NCBI GenBank assembly: GCA_965263355.1
Contig: CBDHHL010000056.1
Span: forward strand, 704,001-768,000
Length of the DNA: 64,000 nucleotides
From: Leptolyngbyaceae cyanobacterium
GTDB lineage: Bacteria; Cyanobacteriota; Cyanobacteriia; Phormidesmidales; Phormidesmidaceae
Direction: 5' to 3'
Shown here: one piece after another, positions 29,534-41,353 of the stretch
Layout of the letters: each line of letters starts with the position of its first letter
How positions within the stretch are numbered: position 1 is the stretch's first letter
Notes under the pieces: generated by a model
What the model was told of the DNA's origin: nothing
The model's database searches: none
The model's input: the letters and a program-made list of their open reading frames with translations, nothing else
Made by a program: the position numbers and the translations under genes

Positions 29534-30127
29534 CTACTCTCCAGAGACTCTTCTAAGCACAAAAAAGAAGGGTTGAGGGGACTCTTTAAAGTCCATGAGT
29601 CCTAAAACCGTATTGTCATCTACTTTTCTAAAGACATCATTGATGGGAAGATAGTCATAAATCATGGTGGCGCTGACTTTGCCGCGATAGTCCATCATCC
29701 GCAGTCTGGCTTGACTTTGTTCTGTTTTTAATAGCGAATTAGTTAGACCCAGCAGGGGTTTCATCCATTCATTCTTAGTAACGGGTATTTTCAACGCCCA
29801 TTTCATGGCCATGGGTTTGGGTTCTACTTTAATAATCTCTCCTTGACCATCTAAAAACAACAACGGATGTACGGTCTCGGGGTCGACACAACCATCTAAA
29901 AACAACAACGGATGTACGGTCTCGGGGTCGACAAATTCTTTGCCGTACCAGTTGGAGGCTTCTAGTAGGCCATCCATGGGGTGGGCGGTGTGGAGGCCGG
30001 AGCCTTGCCAGCGGCCTTGCATAAAGCCTAGATTGACGGGGTCTAGGGAATCAAATAGCTGTAATGCTTTTTCAGTTGTTGTTTTGCCTGCTTGCAGGAT
30101 TGACTGGAGGCTTTCTAGGGTTTCCAT
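29534..30127 (-). CDS. GXWXG/DUF4334 protein, with in-frame 45-bp duplication
   Basis: GRWQG, HPMDG, WYGKEF, MIYDYLPIND.F motifs; VDPETVHPLLFLDG occurs twice. Confidence 0.85.
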   Translation of the reverse strand: METLESLQSILQAGKTTTEKALQLFDSLDPVNLGFMQGRWQGSGLHTAHPMDGLLEASNWYGKEFVDPETVHPLLFLDGCVDPETVHPLLFLDGQGEIIKVEPKPMAMKWALKIPVTKNEWMKPLLGLTNSLLKTEQSQARLRMMDYRGKVSATMIYDYLPINDVFRKVDDNTVLGLMDFKESPQPFFFVLRRVSGE

Positions 30128-30670
30128 TGGTGTTGTTTGGTGGTAACTACTCAGACAGCTAAATTGTTTTCTGGTGGATAAAGACAGCATATAATGAGCC
30201 TCCTCCATTCGACTAAAGGATTTGGACGTCTAATGAAGTGGTAGATTCCTGAGATTGTGTATCAAATCTCAGCGGCATAAAAGAATAGCTCCTCCAGAGA
30301 TTCGTCCGGAGGTGACGGTCTATTCACTTTGTATTCTTTTATTATAGAAGATCCTCAAAAGAACGTTCAGAAAACATTCCCCGACAAGGATACCTTCAGT
30401 AGGTAGAACTTCTTATTTATAGGAGTAAGTTTTGTGATGAGCATATTGCACTAGGTAGAGCCATATTTCCTGATCCACCAAGTTTTATACAGTTAGAGGG
30501 ATCCTCCAGACCTAGACAATTAATGTCATAGGCGAATCTTTCAACAACTGCTTAGCAAAAATAAAAGATATTTTTCTTATCAAAACTCCACAAGCTAATT
30601 TTTCTCTCCCATGATGAAGATATAGGCTAACGTATTTTCACTCGCTTCTCTGGCCTTAGTGATTTGACAT

Positions 30671-30693
30671 TCACAAGTTCCTCAACTTTCTGA
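30671..30693 (+). promoter_or_regulatory. Conserved upstream motif, copy 1
   Basis: TCACAAGTTCCTCAACTTTCTGA; 21/23 identical to 31372-31394. Confidence 0.55.
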
Positions 30694-30732
30694 ATTAATC
30701 TGGGAGCAGAACAAAAGTATTTCTGATAGTCT

Positions 30733-31233
30733 TTGGGATATCTACCGATGAGACACAATGTACAACCTAGGAATGCTACGTCTGGATTGCCTCGAATAGT
30801 ATTTTTTGGTGCCTTTCGTCTCAGCATGTTTTGGGATTTGCTGACCACCTTTTTGGGCACGTTGTTAATTTTGGATGGTACTCACTTTATTGCCATTGGT
30901 CTTAGTTTAGTGGGTACTCTGATTGCCTGGGCATTTAACTTTTTCACCTGGCCCATTTGGAATATCAAGGGAATTAAGTCGATCGAGCGATATTCGCTAA
31001 GGTTTGCCTTAATTTTGGCGATTGTTTTTGATTTTGTTACATCTTTTATTTGTAATGCCTCTTACGTTGCTTTAGGGCAATTTACATTTGGCCGATCCGT
31101 CATTTTTAATGAAATTTTCTCAATGCTAACACTTGATCAGTGCATTCTTATTTTTGTGCTGACGGTGTTCACTACGATTAGTCCAATGATGCTGCGGCGT
31201 ATACGATACGATAGCCCTAATTTTTTGGTATAA
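30733..31233 (+). CDS. Hypothetical membrane protein
   Basis: Four hydrophobic segments; no recognised motif. Confidence 0.55.
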   Translation: MGYLPMRHNVQPRNATSGLPRIVFFGAFRLSMFWDLLTTFLGTLLILDGTHFIAIGLSLVGTLIAWAFNFFTWPIWNIKGIKSIERYSLRFALILAIVFDFVTSFICNASYVALGQFTFGRSVIFNEIFSMLTLDQCILIFVLTVFTTISPMMLRRIRYDSPNFLV

Positions 31234-31371
31234 AATTACTTCTCAATGCAATGTCTGTTAAAACCCTAGCTTTGATCAATTGACCCTTATTATGGACCCT
31301 TATTGATCCGACCTGTAGGAACAGGTTACCTACTGATTATGATTTGAATATTTATTCTATTTGATATCTTC

Positions 31372-31394
31372 TCACAAGTTCCTCAAGCTTCTGA
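31372..31394 (+). promoter_or_regulatory. Conserved upstream motif, copy 2
   Basis: TCACAAGTTCCTCAAGCTTCTGA upstream of the CBS gene. Confidence 0.55.
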
Positions 31395-31456
31395 CATACA
31401 AAGTGAGTTACAGGAGGCTCCTGATTTACTATAGTTACTGTTGAGGAAGGACAATT

Positions 31457-32014
31457 ATGTTACTTGTGAAAGATATAATGACTAAGCCGGTTATTGTCGT
31501 TCGCAGCTCAGCTACGGTAGAAAATGCTATTTGGCTAATGCGAACTAAACGGGTAAGATCATTAATTGTAGAGGAGTTCTATGAACAAGGTCCCTATGGG
31601 ATCTTAACTGAACGAGATATTGTCTATAACGTTATTGCTAGGAGTAGGTCTCCTCATTTTGTTCGTGTACATCAAATTATGCGGCAGCCTTGTATTTGTA
31701 TGCCGATGAACGCCACATTAAAAGAGGCAGCCCAAATCTTCTCAGAGACTGGAATTCATCGGGCTCCTATAATTGAAAATGAACAACTTCTGGGAATTGT
31801 TTCATTAACGGATATTTTGATGAAGGGGTATCCAGGAGCCATATCTCGGGACGAACTATCCCAGCGAGTTAATACTGCCCTTCAACATACGCGTGTCATT
31901 GATGACAAAGATGCACAGATTCAACAAGAATGTGATATTGCCTGGCAGGTGTTTGAGGATATTCAATCAAATCCTGGAGTTAATAACCAGTTGATAGATG
32001 AATATTGTCGATAA
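31457..32014 (+). CDS. CBS-pair protein with degenerate CP12-like C-terminus
   Basis: Two CBS domains; C-terminal ECDIAWQVFEDIQ resembles the CP12 AWD.VEE motif. Confidence 0.8.
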   Translation: MLLVKDIMTKPVIVVRSSATVENAIWLMRTKRVRSLIVEEFYEQGPYGILTERDIVYNVIARSRSPHFVRVHQIMRQPCICMPMNATLKEAAQIFSETGIHRAPIIENEQLLGIVSLTDILMKGYPGAISRDELSQRVNTALQHTRVIDDKDAQIQQECDIAWQVFEDIQSNPGVNNQLIDEYCR

Positions 32015-32083
32015 ACCCCATCATTTCCTCATATTGTTTAAGTAAGCTTTGAGTAAAGCAGAGCTTATAAGGGTAATGGTTCT

Positions 32084-32599
32084 ATGCTTCCATCTACTCA
32101 GATATCAAAAGCGTTTGAATATGATTTTTTAGTGATTGGCTATGGTGATGAACGATATGGCGATGATGCTGTTGGTCCTCGGGTAGCTATGGCGGTTTCC
32201 GATTGGAATGTGTCTGCAGTTAAAGGGCTAGCAGTTCCCCAACTCACACCAGAACTGACAGCTGAGTTAGCAAAAGCGAACTATGCCATGTTTGTTGATG
32301 CCTGTGCTCATCAGAATATTCAAACAGTGCAAATCGACCCGATTTCTGTCTATGACGAGCAGCCATCCTCTATGGCATTTGCAGCTAACAACTACGATCC
32401 TCTTCCTCTGCTCAATCTTACCCAGCGTCTCTATAAGCGTCACCCCCAGGCATGGTTGGTGCAAATTCCGATTAAATCCTGTGACTTGGATAGTGAACTT
32501 TCGTCTCTAGCACATCAGGGATGCGATCGCGCTCTGAAATCGATTGCACAATTCTTAGTCACCTATCGACAGCCAGACCGATGCATGGAATCAACCTAA
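32084..32599 (+). CDS. Hydrogenase maturation protease-like protein
   Basis: LVIGYG...GDDAVG, QLTPEL, FVDA motifs. Confidence 0.8.
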   Translation: MLPSTQISKAFEYDFLVIGYGDERYGDDAVGPRVAMAVSDWNVSAVKGLAVPQLTPELTAELAKANYAMFVDACAHQNIQTVQIDPISVYDEQPSSMAFAANNYDPLPLLNLTQRLYKRHPQAWLVQIPIKSCDLDSELSSLAHQGCDRALKSIAQFLVTYRQPDRCMEST

Positions 32600-32621
32600 T
32601 GTAGAGCCCAAGGAGGATCTA

Positions 32622-32744
32622 ATGGATACACCTGGAATATTGTCATTAGAACAAGAATTTCAACTTAAAGTCTTTAAGGCACAGGTTGAAAATCTCTCGA
32701 AGGAACCCCCTGGCGTCCTTACACTATGTTTCCAAAGTTTATAA
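32622..32744 (+). pseudogene. nblA: Truncated NblA-like phycobilisome degradation protein (not in ORF track)
   Basis: AGGAGG RBS, then MDTPGILSLEQEFQLKVFKAQVENLSKE (NblA helix 1 LSLEQ.F motif); second helix replaced by unrelated sequence. Confidence 0.7.
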
Positions 32745-33553
32745 TCCCTGACCATATGGCTATGGGTTCACGAGGATTCTCCATATTTCAGAAACTGTTG
32801 AGTGAAGGTTGGGAAATTATTGCCAGCGATAAGGCCAATCAGCTATCGCTATTTAATGCCCCAGAGTCAACACCATGACAGAGTCCGTGCGAATACAGAG
32901 TCGCCCTGCGCTGTGGTTACTCATACAGTCCCCATGATTTCTTGGTACTTTGGAGGTACAAATGAGGTAATCAAAATCAAAAGGTTGTTTCTACTACTGA
33001 GGTGCTTAGGAGATATGACACTACTTTATTGGAAAAGATCACGAACCCCACTGTGAGATGCGACTCCTGGTAGGTATCCACAGGCATCGATGGCAGCTAC
33101 AGTCTGGCCATAGATCGCGTAAACGACACTTTAAGGCAAAAGTGCTGGTGGGTTCCCATAGACAGTCACAAAAATCACAGATAGAGCCACGGGAACCACT
33201 GATAGATTTAGCATTACTGCTGGGCGTACTGATTGTCGTGATACCTAGACTACTCTTTCCACCACAGCCGTTACAGCTAAAGCCTATGGTGGCAGAGTTT
33301 GGATTAGTCGCTCTCCGCATCAGTGTTGTGCATCTGTCCCAGTAATACTGCGATTGATGTAAAGATTCCCCGGACATCGATGCGATAATAGTAGATCCAT
33401 AACACCCCAGATAGACACATTCGTTTTAGTTAGTCTATTATCCCCTAAGCTATGTATAAACGGGCTTTACGGAATCCCGCCATGCGGAACCAGTGCCGCA
33501 TTTGCTGATGGCCTGATAAATATGCCAAAGCTTGTCAGTTAACCATAGAAGAA

Positions 33554-34342
33554 TTAAAACGTAACAAATTTTGGCTTACGTTTGTCGATAAAGGCAGCCA
33601 TACCTTCTCGTCCTTCAGCTGAGTTAGCACTAATAACAATCGCCTCACGTTCTGCATCTAGTTGTTGAGTCAAGGGTTGGTCAAATGCCTGGTCCATTAA
33701 CCGTTTTACCTGGCCAATCGTACCAATCGGCATATTCCCAACTCGCACGGCTAGGGCATAGGCGGCGGTATTAAAGGTATTATCAGAGGCAACACTGGTG
33801 ACCAAACCTAAATCCAACGCTTTAGCCGTCGGAATTTTTTCATCGAGCAGAACAATCTCTAACGCCCGACCCATACCCACTAACCGAGGCAGATTGAAAG
33901 TGCCACCTGCTGGTAAAGAGAAACCGTGGGAGGTATTTGATTGTTTGAGATAGGCAGTGCCAGCCATGATTCTGAGATCGCAAGCGAGGGCTAAAAACAA
34001 ACCTGCTCCAACAGCAGGACCATTAATAGCGGCAATAATCGGTTTAGACATTCGGCGCATTTCTCGGACACAGTCATGTAGCACGGTGGTCAACCCGAGA
34101 AATGCTTTGCCTGGATTATCGGGATTGACTTGGTGAACAAATTTGAGATCACCCCCTGCACAGAATCCAGGTCCTTGACCGGTAACAATTACTGCGCGAG
34201 TATCGTCATCTTTGGCCGCATCCACGAGGGCTTGCCAGAGGGCAACTGCCATGTCTAAATTAATGGCATTTAAGACCTCTGGGCGATTAAACGTAATGGT
34301 ACGAATTTGATTATGGGTAGTTACTAAAATGGGAGGTGTCAT
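33554..34342 (-). CDS. Enoyl-CoA hydratase/isomerase
   Basis: NRPEVLNA, FCAGGDL, AAINGPAVGAG..LALACD motifs. Confidence 0.92.
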   Translation of the reverse strand: MTPPILVTTHNQIRTITFNRPEVLNAINLDMAVALWQALVDAAKDDDTRAVIVTGQGPGFCAGGDLKFVHQVNPDNPGKAFLGLTTVLHDCVREMRRMSKPIIAAINGPAVGAGLFLALACDLRIMAGTAYLKQSNTSHGFSLPAGGTFNLPRLVGMGRALEIVLLDEKIPTAKALDLGLVTSVASDNTFNTAAYALAVRVGNMPIGTIGQVKRLMDQAFDQPLTQQLDAEREAIVISANSAEGREGMAAFIDKRKPKFVTF

Positions 34343-34787
34343 GGGTAGAAGAACTCCTGAATTGGTTAATGGAACTTTAAGTGTGAATAGGTAGCCTATG
34401 GAGAAAATCTGACGAATAATCCTAGAAACAGGATATTTAACAAGTCAGGCTTAAAGAAACAGACAATAACAAATCGATTTCGAGATTTTTTAGGTGATCT
34501 TTAGTCTGTTAAGTTGTGATTTATCTCACTAAAGCAACAACTAACGCATTGTTGCCAAAACTGGAAAAACTATTTTTTCATCTTGCCAAGAATGGAAAGA
34601 TAAGGCTAAATGGCTTAAGCATACTGGTATTAATCAATCAATACAGCGAGTATATTGGGGTATTAACTTTTCTTCGAAAACATATTTCGTGGGAGTTAAC
34701 ACCCCATTTTTCTAACTTATTTTTATTAGAAAGTATTGGTCAGGTAACAAATAACGGTAGTATGAGTATGGTTTTTATCAGGTAATT

Positions 34788-35966
34788 GTGGTGAGGAAGC
34801 AATTTTCCTCTTTTTTCTCAACTCTTCCAGCTTGGTTTTCTCGTTCTGCTACCCCTGAGCCGACTGAAGATCTGGTTAATGCGCCGCCAAGGGTACTTAA
34901 TAGTTTGGGTAACCAGTTGACCCAGTTATCGATACCTCAGCCTTATCAGACAACCATCCAAGATACATTAGGCCAGGCGCTTCAAGACTGGCAGGCAAAT
35001 CCTGAATTTGAAAATAATAGTTTGGTGGTTTTAGGGCGACCGGTGGAAGACATTGGTCCCATTCTTAAAGCCAGCTTGCATGAAAAATTTCCTGACTGTG
35101 AGGTGCGTTTTTTCTTGGGAGGCTACCATCGCCCACCGGATCCGTTAACGGTTCCTCAGCATCTTAAGCGAGAGTTAGAATCTGGAACGGAAGTCCCTAA
35201 CGAAGTCGCCACACCTGTCACTCAAACGGATCTGGATAACCATGTGCCCACCATTATGGTGGTATCTAGTTTGGAGCAGTGTTTTCTGCGTTGCATTCAG
35301 GGCTGGGAAGGGGTTGAGTATCTACAAACGCTAAGTACCCAGGACTCATCACGATTTTGGGTATTTGGCTGTAATCATTGGACCTGGAGTTTTTTAGAAC
35401 GGGTTTGCCAGATCAGTGCTTATTTTGAACAGGCAATAGCGTTACCCAAACTGTCTGGTCCAGAGCTAAAGGCGTGGTTAATGCCGTTACTAGAGACGGC
35501 GTTGGCATCCCAGACAACGGGGCCTATGGTGCAGGTTACAGCGGCCAGCGATGGCTATTGGAATAGTCTGGCGAGTACGGCGGATGGGATTGCGAGTACG
35601 GCAGCTCAGATTTGGCTCAAATCTTTACGAATTCGGGCGGATGCATTGACGGACGAAGGGGCGGTGACGGACGAGGTTGATTTGATTGAGCTATTGCCCA
35701 CTAAACCCGCACTGCCAGGACTGATGACCCTGGAGCCTATGGATCGGTACTTGCTTCATTCGTTATTGATTCATCGGGAAATGACGCGATCGCACCTGGC
35801 CATCAGCCTAGGCGAAGCTGAACGTAAAATCCGGTCCCGTTTGCAAGTCTTAAGGCGCGAAGGCATTATCCGCCAGCGGGGACGTCGGTTTAGCGTTCAT
35901 CCAGCCCATTATCCTAAGCTTTACAACGAACTGGGCAATAACAACTTTTTAATCGGTGATGCCTAG
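34788..35966 (+). CDS. Hypothetical protein with C-terminal winged-HTH, coupled to MscS
   Basis: 392-aa ORF; HTH-like LLIHREMTRSHLA..LG......RSRLQVL..EG.I. Confidence 0.6.
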   Translation: MVRKQFSSFFSTLPAWFSRSATPEPTEDLVNAPPRVLNSLGNQLTQLSIPQPYQTTIQDTLGQALQDWQANPEFENNSLVVLGRPVEDIGPILKASLHEKFPDCEVRFFLGGYHRPPDPLTVPQHLKRELESGTEVPNEVATPVTQTDLDNHVPTIMVVSSLEQCFLRCIQGWEGVEYLQTLSTQDSSRFWVFGCNHWTWSFLERVCQISAYFEQAIALPKLSGPELKAWLMPLLETALASQTTGPMVQVTAASDGYWNSLASTADGIASTAAQIWLKSLRIRADALTDEGAVTDEVDLIELLPTKPALPGLMTLEPMDRYLLHSLLIHREMTRSHLAISLGEAERKIRSRLQVLRREGIIRQRGRRFSVHPAHYPKLYNELGNNNFLIGDA

Positions 35967-35976
35967 GGAGAACGCT

Positions 35977-36879
35977 ATGATCAAGGTTTGTCGGAGTGCG
36001 ATCGCAACTGCCATAGCCACCCTCGCCGTAGTGCCCCTGGCAAACATTGCGGTGGCTCAAGACACCATTCCAGCCGCAGAGACCCTGGAAACCCTCGACC
36101 TATTTAAGCCACCCAAACCGGCAGAGATTGGTCAAGCCGGTTTAACCGTGCTGGTGGCCTACGGCTTATTATTCTTAATTCGCGTTGGCACCAACATCCT
36201 GTCAGAACAGGTACCCCGTCGATTCAGATTGATTATCAAACAGTCGGTCCCGTTTCTCAAGGGAATAGTCCTGATCTTTACCATCGGCTATGTGTTACCC
36301 CTGTTTCTCAATCTGACAGGGCGTAACCTGATTGCCCTAACCGGCACCATTGCCGTTGCCCTGGGCTTTGCCTTTAAGGACTACGCGAGTTCCATTATTG
36401 CCGGTGTAGTCAACCTGTTTGAAGGTCCCTTCCGCATGGGCGATCGGGTCCAAATTGGCGACCACTATGGCGAAGTGATTGACTATGGTCTGCGGGGCGT
36501 ACGGTTACAAACTCCGGATGACAATGCCGTTACCATTCCCCACAACACCACCTGGACCAATCCCATTTCCAATGCCAACAGCGGTCAGCTCGAAGCCCAG
36601 GTAGTCACCGAGTTTTACTTTGCCCACCAGGCCGATACGGAGCTGGCGGTCGAAATCCTTTATCAGGCTGCCTACAGTAGTCGCTATACCCAGCTTCAAC
36701 TGCCGGTCATGGTGGTGGTCTCGGAAGAGACCTGGGCCACCCATTTAAAGCTAAAGTCCTACCCTATGGATGCACGGGATGAATATATCTACAAGACTGA
36801 TCTGATTTTGCGGATCAAAAAAGCTTGCACCCGACATCAATTGCCCTATCCAAGAACACCCAGCGAAGAAGAAATTTAA
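35977..36879 (+). CDS. Small-conductance mechanosensitive channel (MscS family)
   Basis: ALGFAFKD...IIAG...PFRMGDRVQI...GEV..YGLR motif. Confidence 0.9.
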   Translation: MIKVCRSAIATAIATLAVVPLANIAVAQDTIPAAETLETLDLFKPPKPAEIGQAGLTVLVAYGLLFLIRVGTNILSEQVPRRFRLIIKQSVPFLKGIVLIFTIGYVLPLFLNLTGRNLIALTGTIAVALGFAFKDYASSIIAGVVNLFEGPFRMGDRVQIGDHYGEVIDYGLRGVRLQTPDDNAVTIPHNTTWTNPISNANSGQLEAQVVTEFYFAHQADTELAVEILYQAAYSSRYTQLQLPVMVVVSEETWATHLKLKSYPMDARDEYIYKTDLILRIKKACTRHQLPYPRTPSEEEI

Positions 36880-37067
36880 ACGTCGCAAGCGTTTCACGCG
36901 TAACTTGGGTTCGAGGAACTAAGAAGGCTAGAACACGGGGTGTGGTGGTTTCACTTTTGGCGAAGAAAACTTGCTGATGAGCGAATTTGCGTACGGTCGG
37001 CTTGTTGGTCAGAGACTCAGTTCTCTCGAAACCTATTAACCGTAGATAAATATGTGGATAATCCCCC

Positions 37068-37868
37068 TTAAGGAATCGACTTTTCAAAAACTGGAGATTC
37101 TAAGTGAAGATATTTTGACAGCCAATACACACATACATAAAACGGCCCTGTATCCAATAGTGCGGCCACCAACTTAAATACATAACCGTAGCCAATAAAT
37201 AGAAACAACTGAGGCCAAAGACCTTGGGTTGGATCAATGGGCAACACCCCTGCAAAAAAGTGGGTAATTAGAACAACGGCTGAGGTGTCTACTAGCTGAC
37301 TGAGCAGTGTGGACCCATTGTTTCGTAACCAAAGATATTTCCCCTGGGTCAACTCTTTCCAAAAATGAAACAGTTGCACATCCACAAACTGTGCTGTCAG
37401 GTACGCAATCATTGACGCCGTTACCGTGCCAAATGTGAGATTACGAATCTCAAAAAACACAGGCACCCGACCCGCCGCATCTCTTATCAGGTCCCCTGTA
37501 CTCGGATCAATCGCCTCAAACCCTGGTAAAACACCCCCTAACCAAACAATAAACACCACCCACAAATTCAGCAACAAGCCAACCCAAACCACCTGATTAG
37601 CCCGTTTCTGCCCATATAGCTCAGAAATCAAATCAGTGCACAAAAACGTCAGTGGGTAGGGCAATGCCCCAACCGCCACCGTCACCGCAAAATCATGCCA
37701 GGTAAACACATTGACAAATCGGCTAATGCCGAGAATATTCAGCATTGCCAAGGTACCGAGAAATAGGCCTGCTAGAACTAAAAAAACAACCGCACGACGC
37801 TCTTGAATACGCTCAGGTACTAATTTTTGGGAAACTTCAGAGACTGAAGATTTTATGCTGGCTGTCAT
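37068..37868 (-). CDS. Queuosine precursor transporter (YhhQ/VUT family)
   Basis: YPLTFLCTDLISELYG, AQFVDV..F, LWLRNNGST..SQLVD motifs. Confidence 0.88.
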   Translation of the reverse strand: MTASIKSSVSEVSQKLVPERIQERRAVVFLVLAGLFLGTLAMLNILGISRFVNVFTWHDFAVTVAVGALPYPLTFLCTDLISELYGQKRANQVVWVGLLLNLWVVFIVWLGGVLPGFEAIDPSTGDLIRDAAGRVPVFFEIRNLTFGTVTASMIAYLTAQFVDVQLFHFWKELTQGKYLWLRNNGSTLLSQLVDTSAVVLITHFFAGVLPIDPTQGLWPQLFLFIGYGYVFKLVAALLDTGPFYVCVYWLSKYLHLESPVFEKSIP

Positions 37869-37928
37869 AGATATAGGTACTGTTAAAAAAGTAGACCTGA
37901 ATGATACAACAAACAAAATTGCATAAAC

Positions 37929-38426
37929 TTAATCAGTTCCCCCCCACGCCCAACGAGGATTTCCTTCACGCATTCCCTGAAAAAGAATCACAGAGGTAAA
38001 TCCATTTGGATCGCCTACCCCAGTCATATCTAAAATCGCTCTGGCCTTACCATCACTGATCTGTACTCGAATATATGAATGGCCCTGAAAATTCTCACCA
38101 TCTATAGTTGTAATCCCAGCCGTCGCTTCGCAACTGGCATATTCAGGCTTAAGCGTACCAACCCAAACAACTGTAAAGTCAGTTGCTTGGGAAACACTGA
38201 TATCCATCGCAATCTCCCTCAGCTGAATCATACCGTCGGTGGCATATCCTCCTGAAAACGGTGGGCGAGGTGTTTCATAGGCTATCAGTTTTTTAGGACA
38301 ACCTGTATCTGACGAGTCGAGGGTCGGCAAAATAATTAAGTCAGCTTGTCTGGCCAATGAGACACTACCCAAGCTACTCAAAAGGCTCAAGGGCAGAGCC
38401 CACAATAGTGCTTTGCTCAGATTCAT
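37929..38426 (-). CDS. Hypothetical exported protein
   Basis: Signal peptide; C-terminal PRWAWGGTD. Confidence 0.6.
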   Translation of the reverse strand: MNLSKALLWALPLSLLSSLGSVSLARQADLIILPTLDSSDTGCPKKLIAYETPRPPFSGGYATDGMIQLREIAMDISVSQATDFTVVWVGTLKPEYASCEATAGITTIDGENFQGHSYIRVQISDGKARAILDMTGVGDPNGFTSVILFQGMREGNPRWAWGGTD

Positions 38427-38663
38427 TGATCATCCTAGAACTGTGGTCAATGCTTCTTTTATATAGCTGATAAATAGATTTGGCACTATCAGCCCAAGAA
38501 TACGTGTCATTTCTTATGACGGTTTTTAGCTTTGATACCTTACCAATTCCATCCAGATGGGCGACAGACGACTAGAATTGATTAGGCAATTCTGTAAGGC
38601 TGCCGAACGTAGGTAACCACAGATGTATCCAGTAGAACAATAGCTAAAAAGGGGAAACCAAAC

Positions 38664-41249
38664 GTGGAGTCTCGATATAATCCAGCCGACATCGAGAAAA
38701 AGTGGCAGCAGCAATGGGCTGAGCAGGATCTAGACAAGACGCCTGCTTCCCCAGGGCAGAAAAAATTCTATGCCCTGTCCATGTTTCCCTATCCCTCTGG
38801 TAACCTGCACATGGGCCATGTGCGCAACTACACTATTACCGACGTTATTGCCCGAGTGCGACGGATGCAGGGGTACAACGTATTGCATCCTATGGGCTGG
38901 GATGCCTTTGGCCTACCGGCAGAGAATGCGGCGATTGATCGGGGTATTCCGCCAGCCAAGTGGACTTATCAAAACATTGGCCAAATGCGGGAGCAGCTAA
39001 AGGAACTGGGCCTTTCCTATGACTGGGATCGAGAAGTGGCTACCTGCTCACCCGATTACTATCGATGGACTCAGTGGATCTTTTTGCAGTTTTACAAAGC
39101 AGAGCTAGCCTATCAGAAAGAAGCGGCGGTTAACTGGGACCCCATTGATCAAACCGTACTGGCAAATGAACAGGTGGACAGCGAAGGGCGGTCCTGGCGG
39201 TCAGGTGCAAAGGTGGAGCGTAAGCTTCTTCGTCAGTGGTTTCTAAAGATTACGGACTATGCCGATCAGTTGCTGGCTGACCTTGACCAGCTGGATGGTT
39301 GGCCTGAGCGGGTGAAGCTGATGCAGGCCAACTGGATTGGTAAGTCCACTGGAGCCTATGTGGTATTCACCACCGAAGACGGCGACGATATAAAAATCTA
39401 CACCACTCGCCCAGATACACTTTGGGGCGCATCTTTTATGGTGCTGTCCCCGGAGCATCCACTGGTAGAAAAACTCACGACAGCGGACCAGGCGGACGCG
39501 ATTAAGGCCTACCAGGATATGGCAGCAGGCATGAGCGAAATGGACCGCACCGCCGAGAACCGCGAGAAGACTGGTGTGTGGACCGGTAGCTATGCCATCA
39601 ATCCAGTTAATGAGCAGAAAATCCCTATCTGGATTGCAGACTACGTGTTGATGGATTACGGTACTGGTGCAATTATGGCGGTGCCTGCCCACGATCAGCG
39701 AGACTTTGAGTTTGCTCGAAAGTTTAATTTACCGATCCATGTGGTGGTGCAACCCGAAGGAGAAGCCTTAGAAGCAGACCTCATGGAAGAGGCCTATTCC
39801 CACGATGGGGTGATGGTTAATTCTGGTCCCTTGGATGGGATTGCTGCCGGTAAGGGAGAAGGTCAGAGCGTACCAGCCGCGATTAAATGGCTAGAGGACA
39901 ACAACCGGGGAGAAGGGACCAATAACTATCGTTTGCGAGACTGGTTGATTTCTCGTCAGCGCTATTGGGGTGTACCCATACCCATGATCTACTGCGATAC
40001 CTGTGGTACGGTGCCGGTGCCTGAGGAGCAGCTACCAGTGGTATTGCCTGAGGACGTGGAGTTTAGCGCCCGTGGCGGTTCTCCTTTGGCGAAGATGACA
40101 GACTGGATCAATTGTAAGTGTCCTATATGTGACGCGGATGCTAAGCGGGAAACGGACACGATGGATACATTTATCGATTCATCCTGGTATTTCTTACGCT
40201 ACAGCGATGCAAAGAATGAAGCGTTGCCCTTTGCCAAGGAGAATGCGGATGAATGGCTGCCTGTAAACCAGTATGTGGGCGGTATTGAGCATGCAATTTT
40301 GCACCTGTTGTATTCGCGTTTTTTTACCAAGGTATTGCGCGATCGCAACCTGGTCTCCATTGACGAGCCCTTCCAGCGACTGCTCACCCAGGGCATGGTT
40401 CAAGCCATGACCTACAAAAATCCGATCACCGGTAAATACATCGCCCCAGGCGACATTGCCGACCTCGACGAGCCCAAAGATCCCGAGACCGGCGATCCAC
40501 TCCAGGTGTTCTACGAAAAAATGTCCAAATCCAAGTACAACGGTGTAGAACCCCGTGTCGTATTGGGTAAATATGGGGCCGACACCGCCCGCATGTTCAT
40601 CCTATTCAAAGCTCCCCCCGAGAAGGATCTGGAATGGGACGATGCCGATGTAGAAGGTCAATTCCGCTTCTTAAATCGGGTGTGGCTATTGGTAAGCGAC
40701 TTTGCGGAGTCCCAAGCCAACCAGGGTTTGATCACCGATATTGATCAAAGTAGCCTAAGCAAAGCCGATAAAGATCTGCGTCGTGCTATCCACACAGCCA
40801 TCAAAGAAGTTTCAGAGGACGTAGAAGAAGGCTATCAGTTCAACACCGCAGTCTCTGAGCTAATGAAATTGAGCAATGCCCTTAAGGATACCGAACAGCA
40901 GGACAGCGATGTCTATGGGGAGGGTATCCAGGCCTTGGTCCGTCTGTTAGCCCCCTTTGCCCCCCACATCTCTGAAGAACTGTGGCAACAGCTAGGCTTT
41001 AGCGAGTCAGTGCATCGTCAAAGCTGGCCAACATTTGAAGAAAGTGCACTGGTCGCCGATGAGATTACCCTGGTGATCCAAATCAAAGGCAAAACCCGAG
41101 GCACCATTTCAGTGCCCGCCAACGCCAGCAAAGACGAGCTAGAGCAGTATGCTCGCGATTCTGACATTGCCAAGAAACATCTCGAAGGTAAAGAGATCAA
41201 AAAAGTGATTGTAGTTCCAGGCAAACTGGTGAACTTTGTCGCTGTTTAA
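38664..41249 (+). CDS. leuS: Leucyl-tRNA synthetase
   Basis: [32 protein letters not shown] motifs. Confidence 0.98.
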   Translation: MESRYNPADIEKKWQQQWAEQDLDKTPASPGQKKFYALSMFPYPSGNLHMGHVRNYTITDVIARVRRMQGYNVLHPMGWDAFGLPAENAAIDRGIPPAKWTYQNIGQMREQLKELGLSYDWDREVATCSPDYYRWTQWIFLQFYKAELAYQKEAAVNWDPIDQTVLANEQVDSEGRSWRSGAKVERKLLRQWFLKITDYADQLLADLDQLDGWPERVKLMQANWIGKSTGAYVVFTTEDGDDIKIYTTRPDTLWGASFMVLSPEHPLVEKLTTADQADAIKAYQDMAAGMSEMDRTAENREKTGVWTGSYAINPVNEQKIPIWIADYVLMDYGTGAIMAVPAHDQRDFEFARKFNLPIHVVVQPEGEALEADLMEEAYSHDGVMVNSGPLDGIAAGKGEGQSVPAAIKWLEDNNRGEGTNNYRLRDWLISRQRYWGVPIPMIYCDTCGTVPVPEEQLPVVLPEDVEFSARGGSPLAKMTDWINCKCPICDADAKRETDTMDTFIDSSWYFLRYSDAKNEALPFAKENADEWLPVNQYVGGIEHAILHLLYSRFFTKVLRDRNLVSIDEPFQRLLTQGMVQAMTYKNPITGKYIAPGDIADLDEPKDPETGDPLQVFYEKMSKSKYNGVEPRVVLGKYGADTARMFILFKAPPEKDLEWDDADVEGQFRFLNRVWLLVSDFAESQANQGLITDIDQSSLSKADKDLRRAIHTAIKEVSEDVEEGYQFNTAVSELMKLSNALKDTEQQDSDVYGEGIQALVRLLAPFAPHISEELWQQLGFSESVHRQSWPTFEESALVADEITLVIQIKGKTRGTISVPANASKDELEQYARDSDIAKKHLEGKEIKKVIVVPGKLVNFVAV

Positions 41250-41353
41250 GATTAAGCCCTTGAGGGATGTTACATCAAATACGCTGAAAATATTATATTT
41301 GCTTAAATCCAGTATTTTAAGCTTATTATAAGTGCATGTGCTTCACTGACGTG

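Noticed and set aside
32802..33377. Short overlapping ORFs after nblA
   Set aside because: No recognisable motifs; cannot choose a frame.
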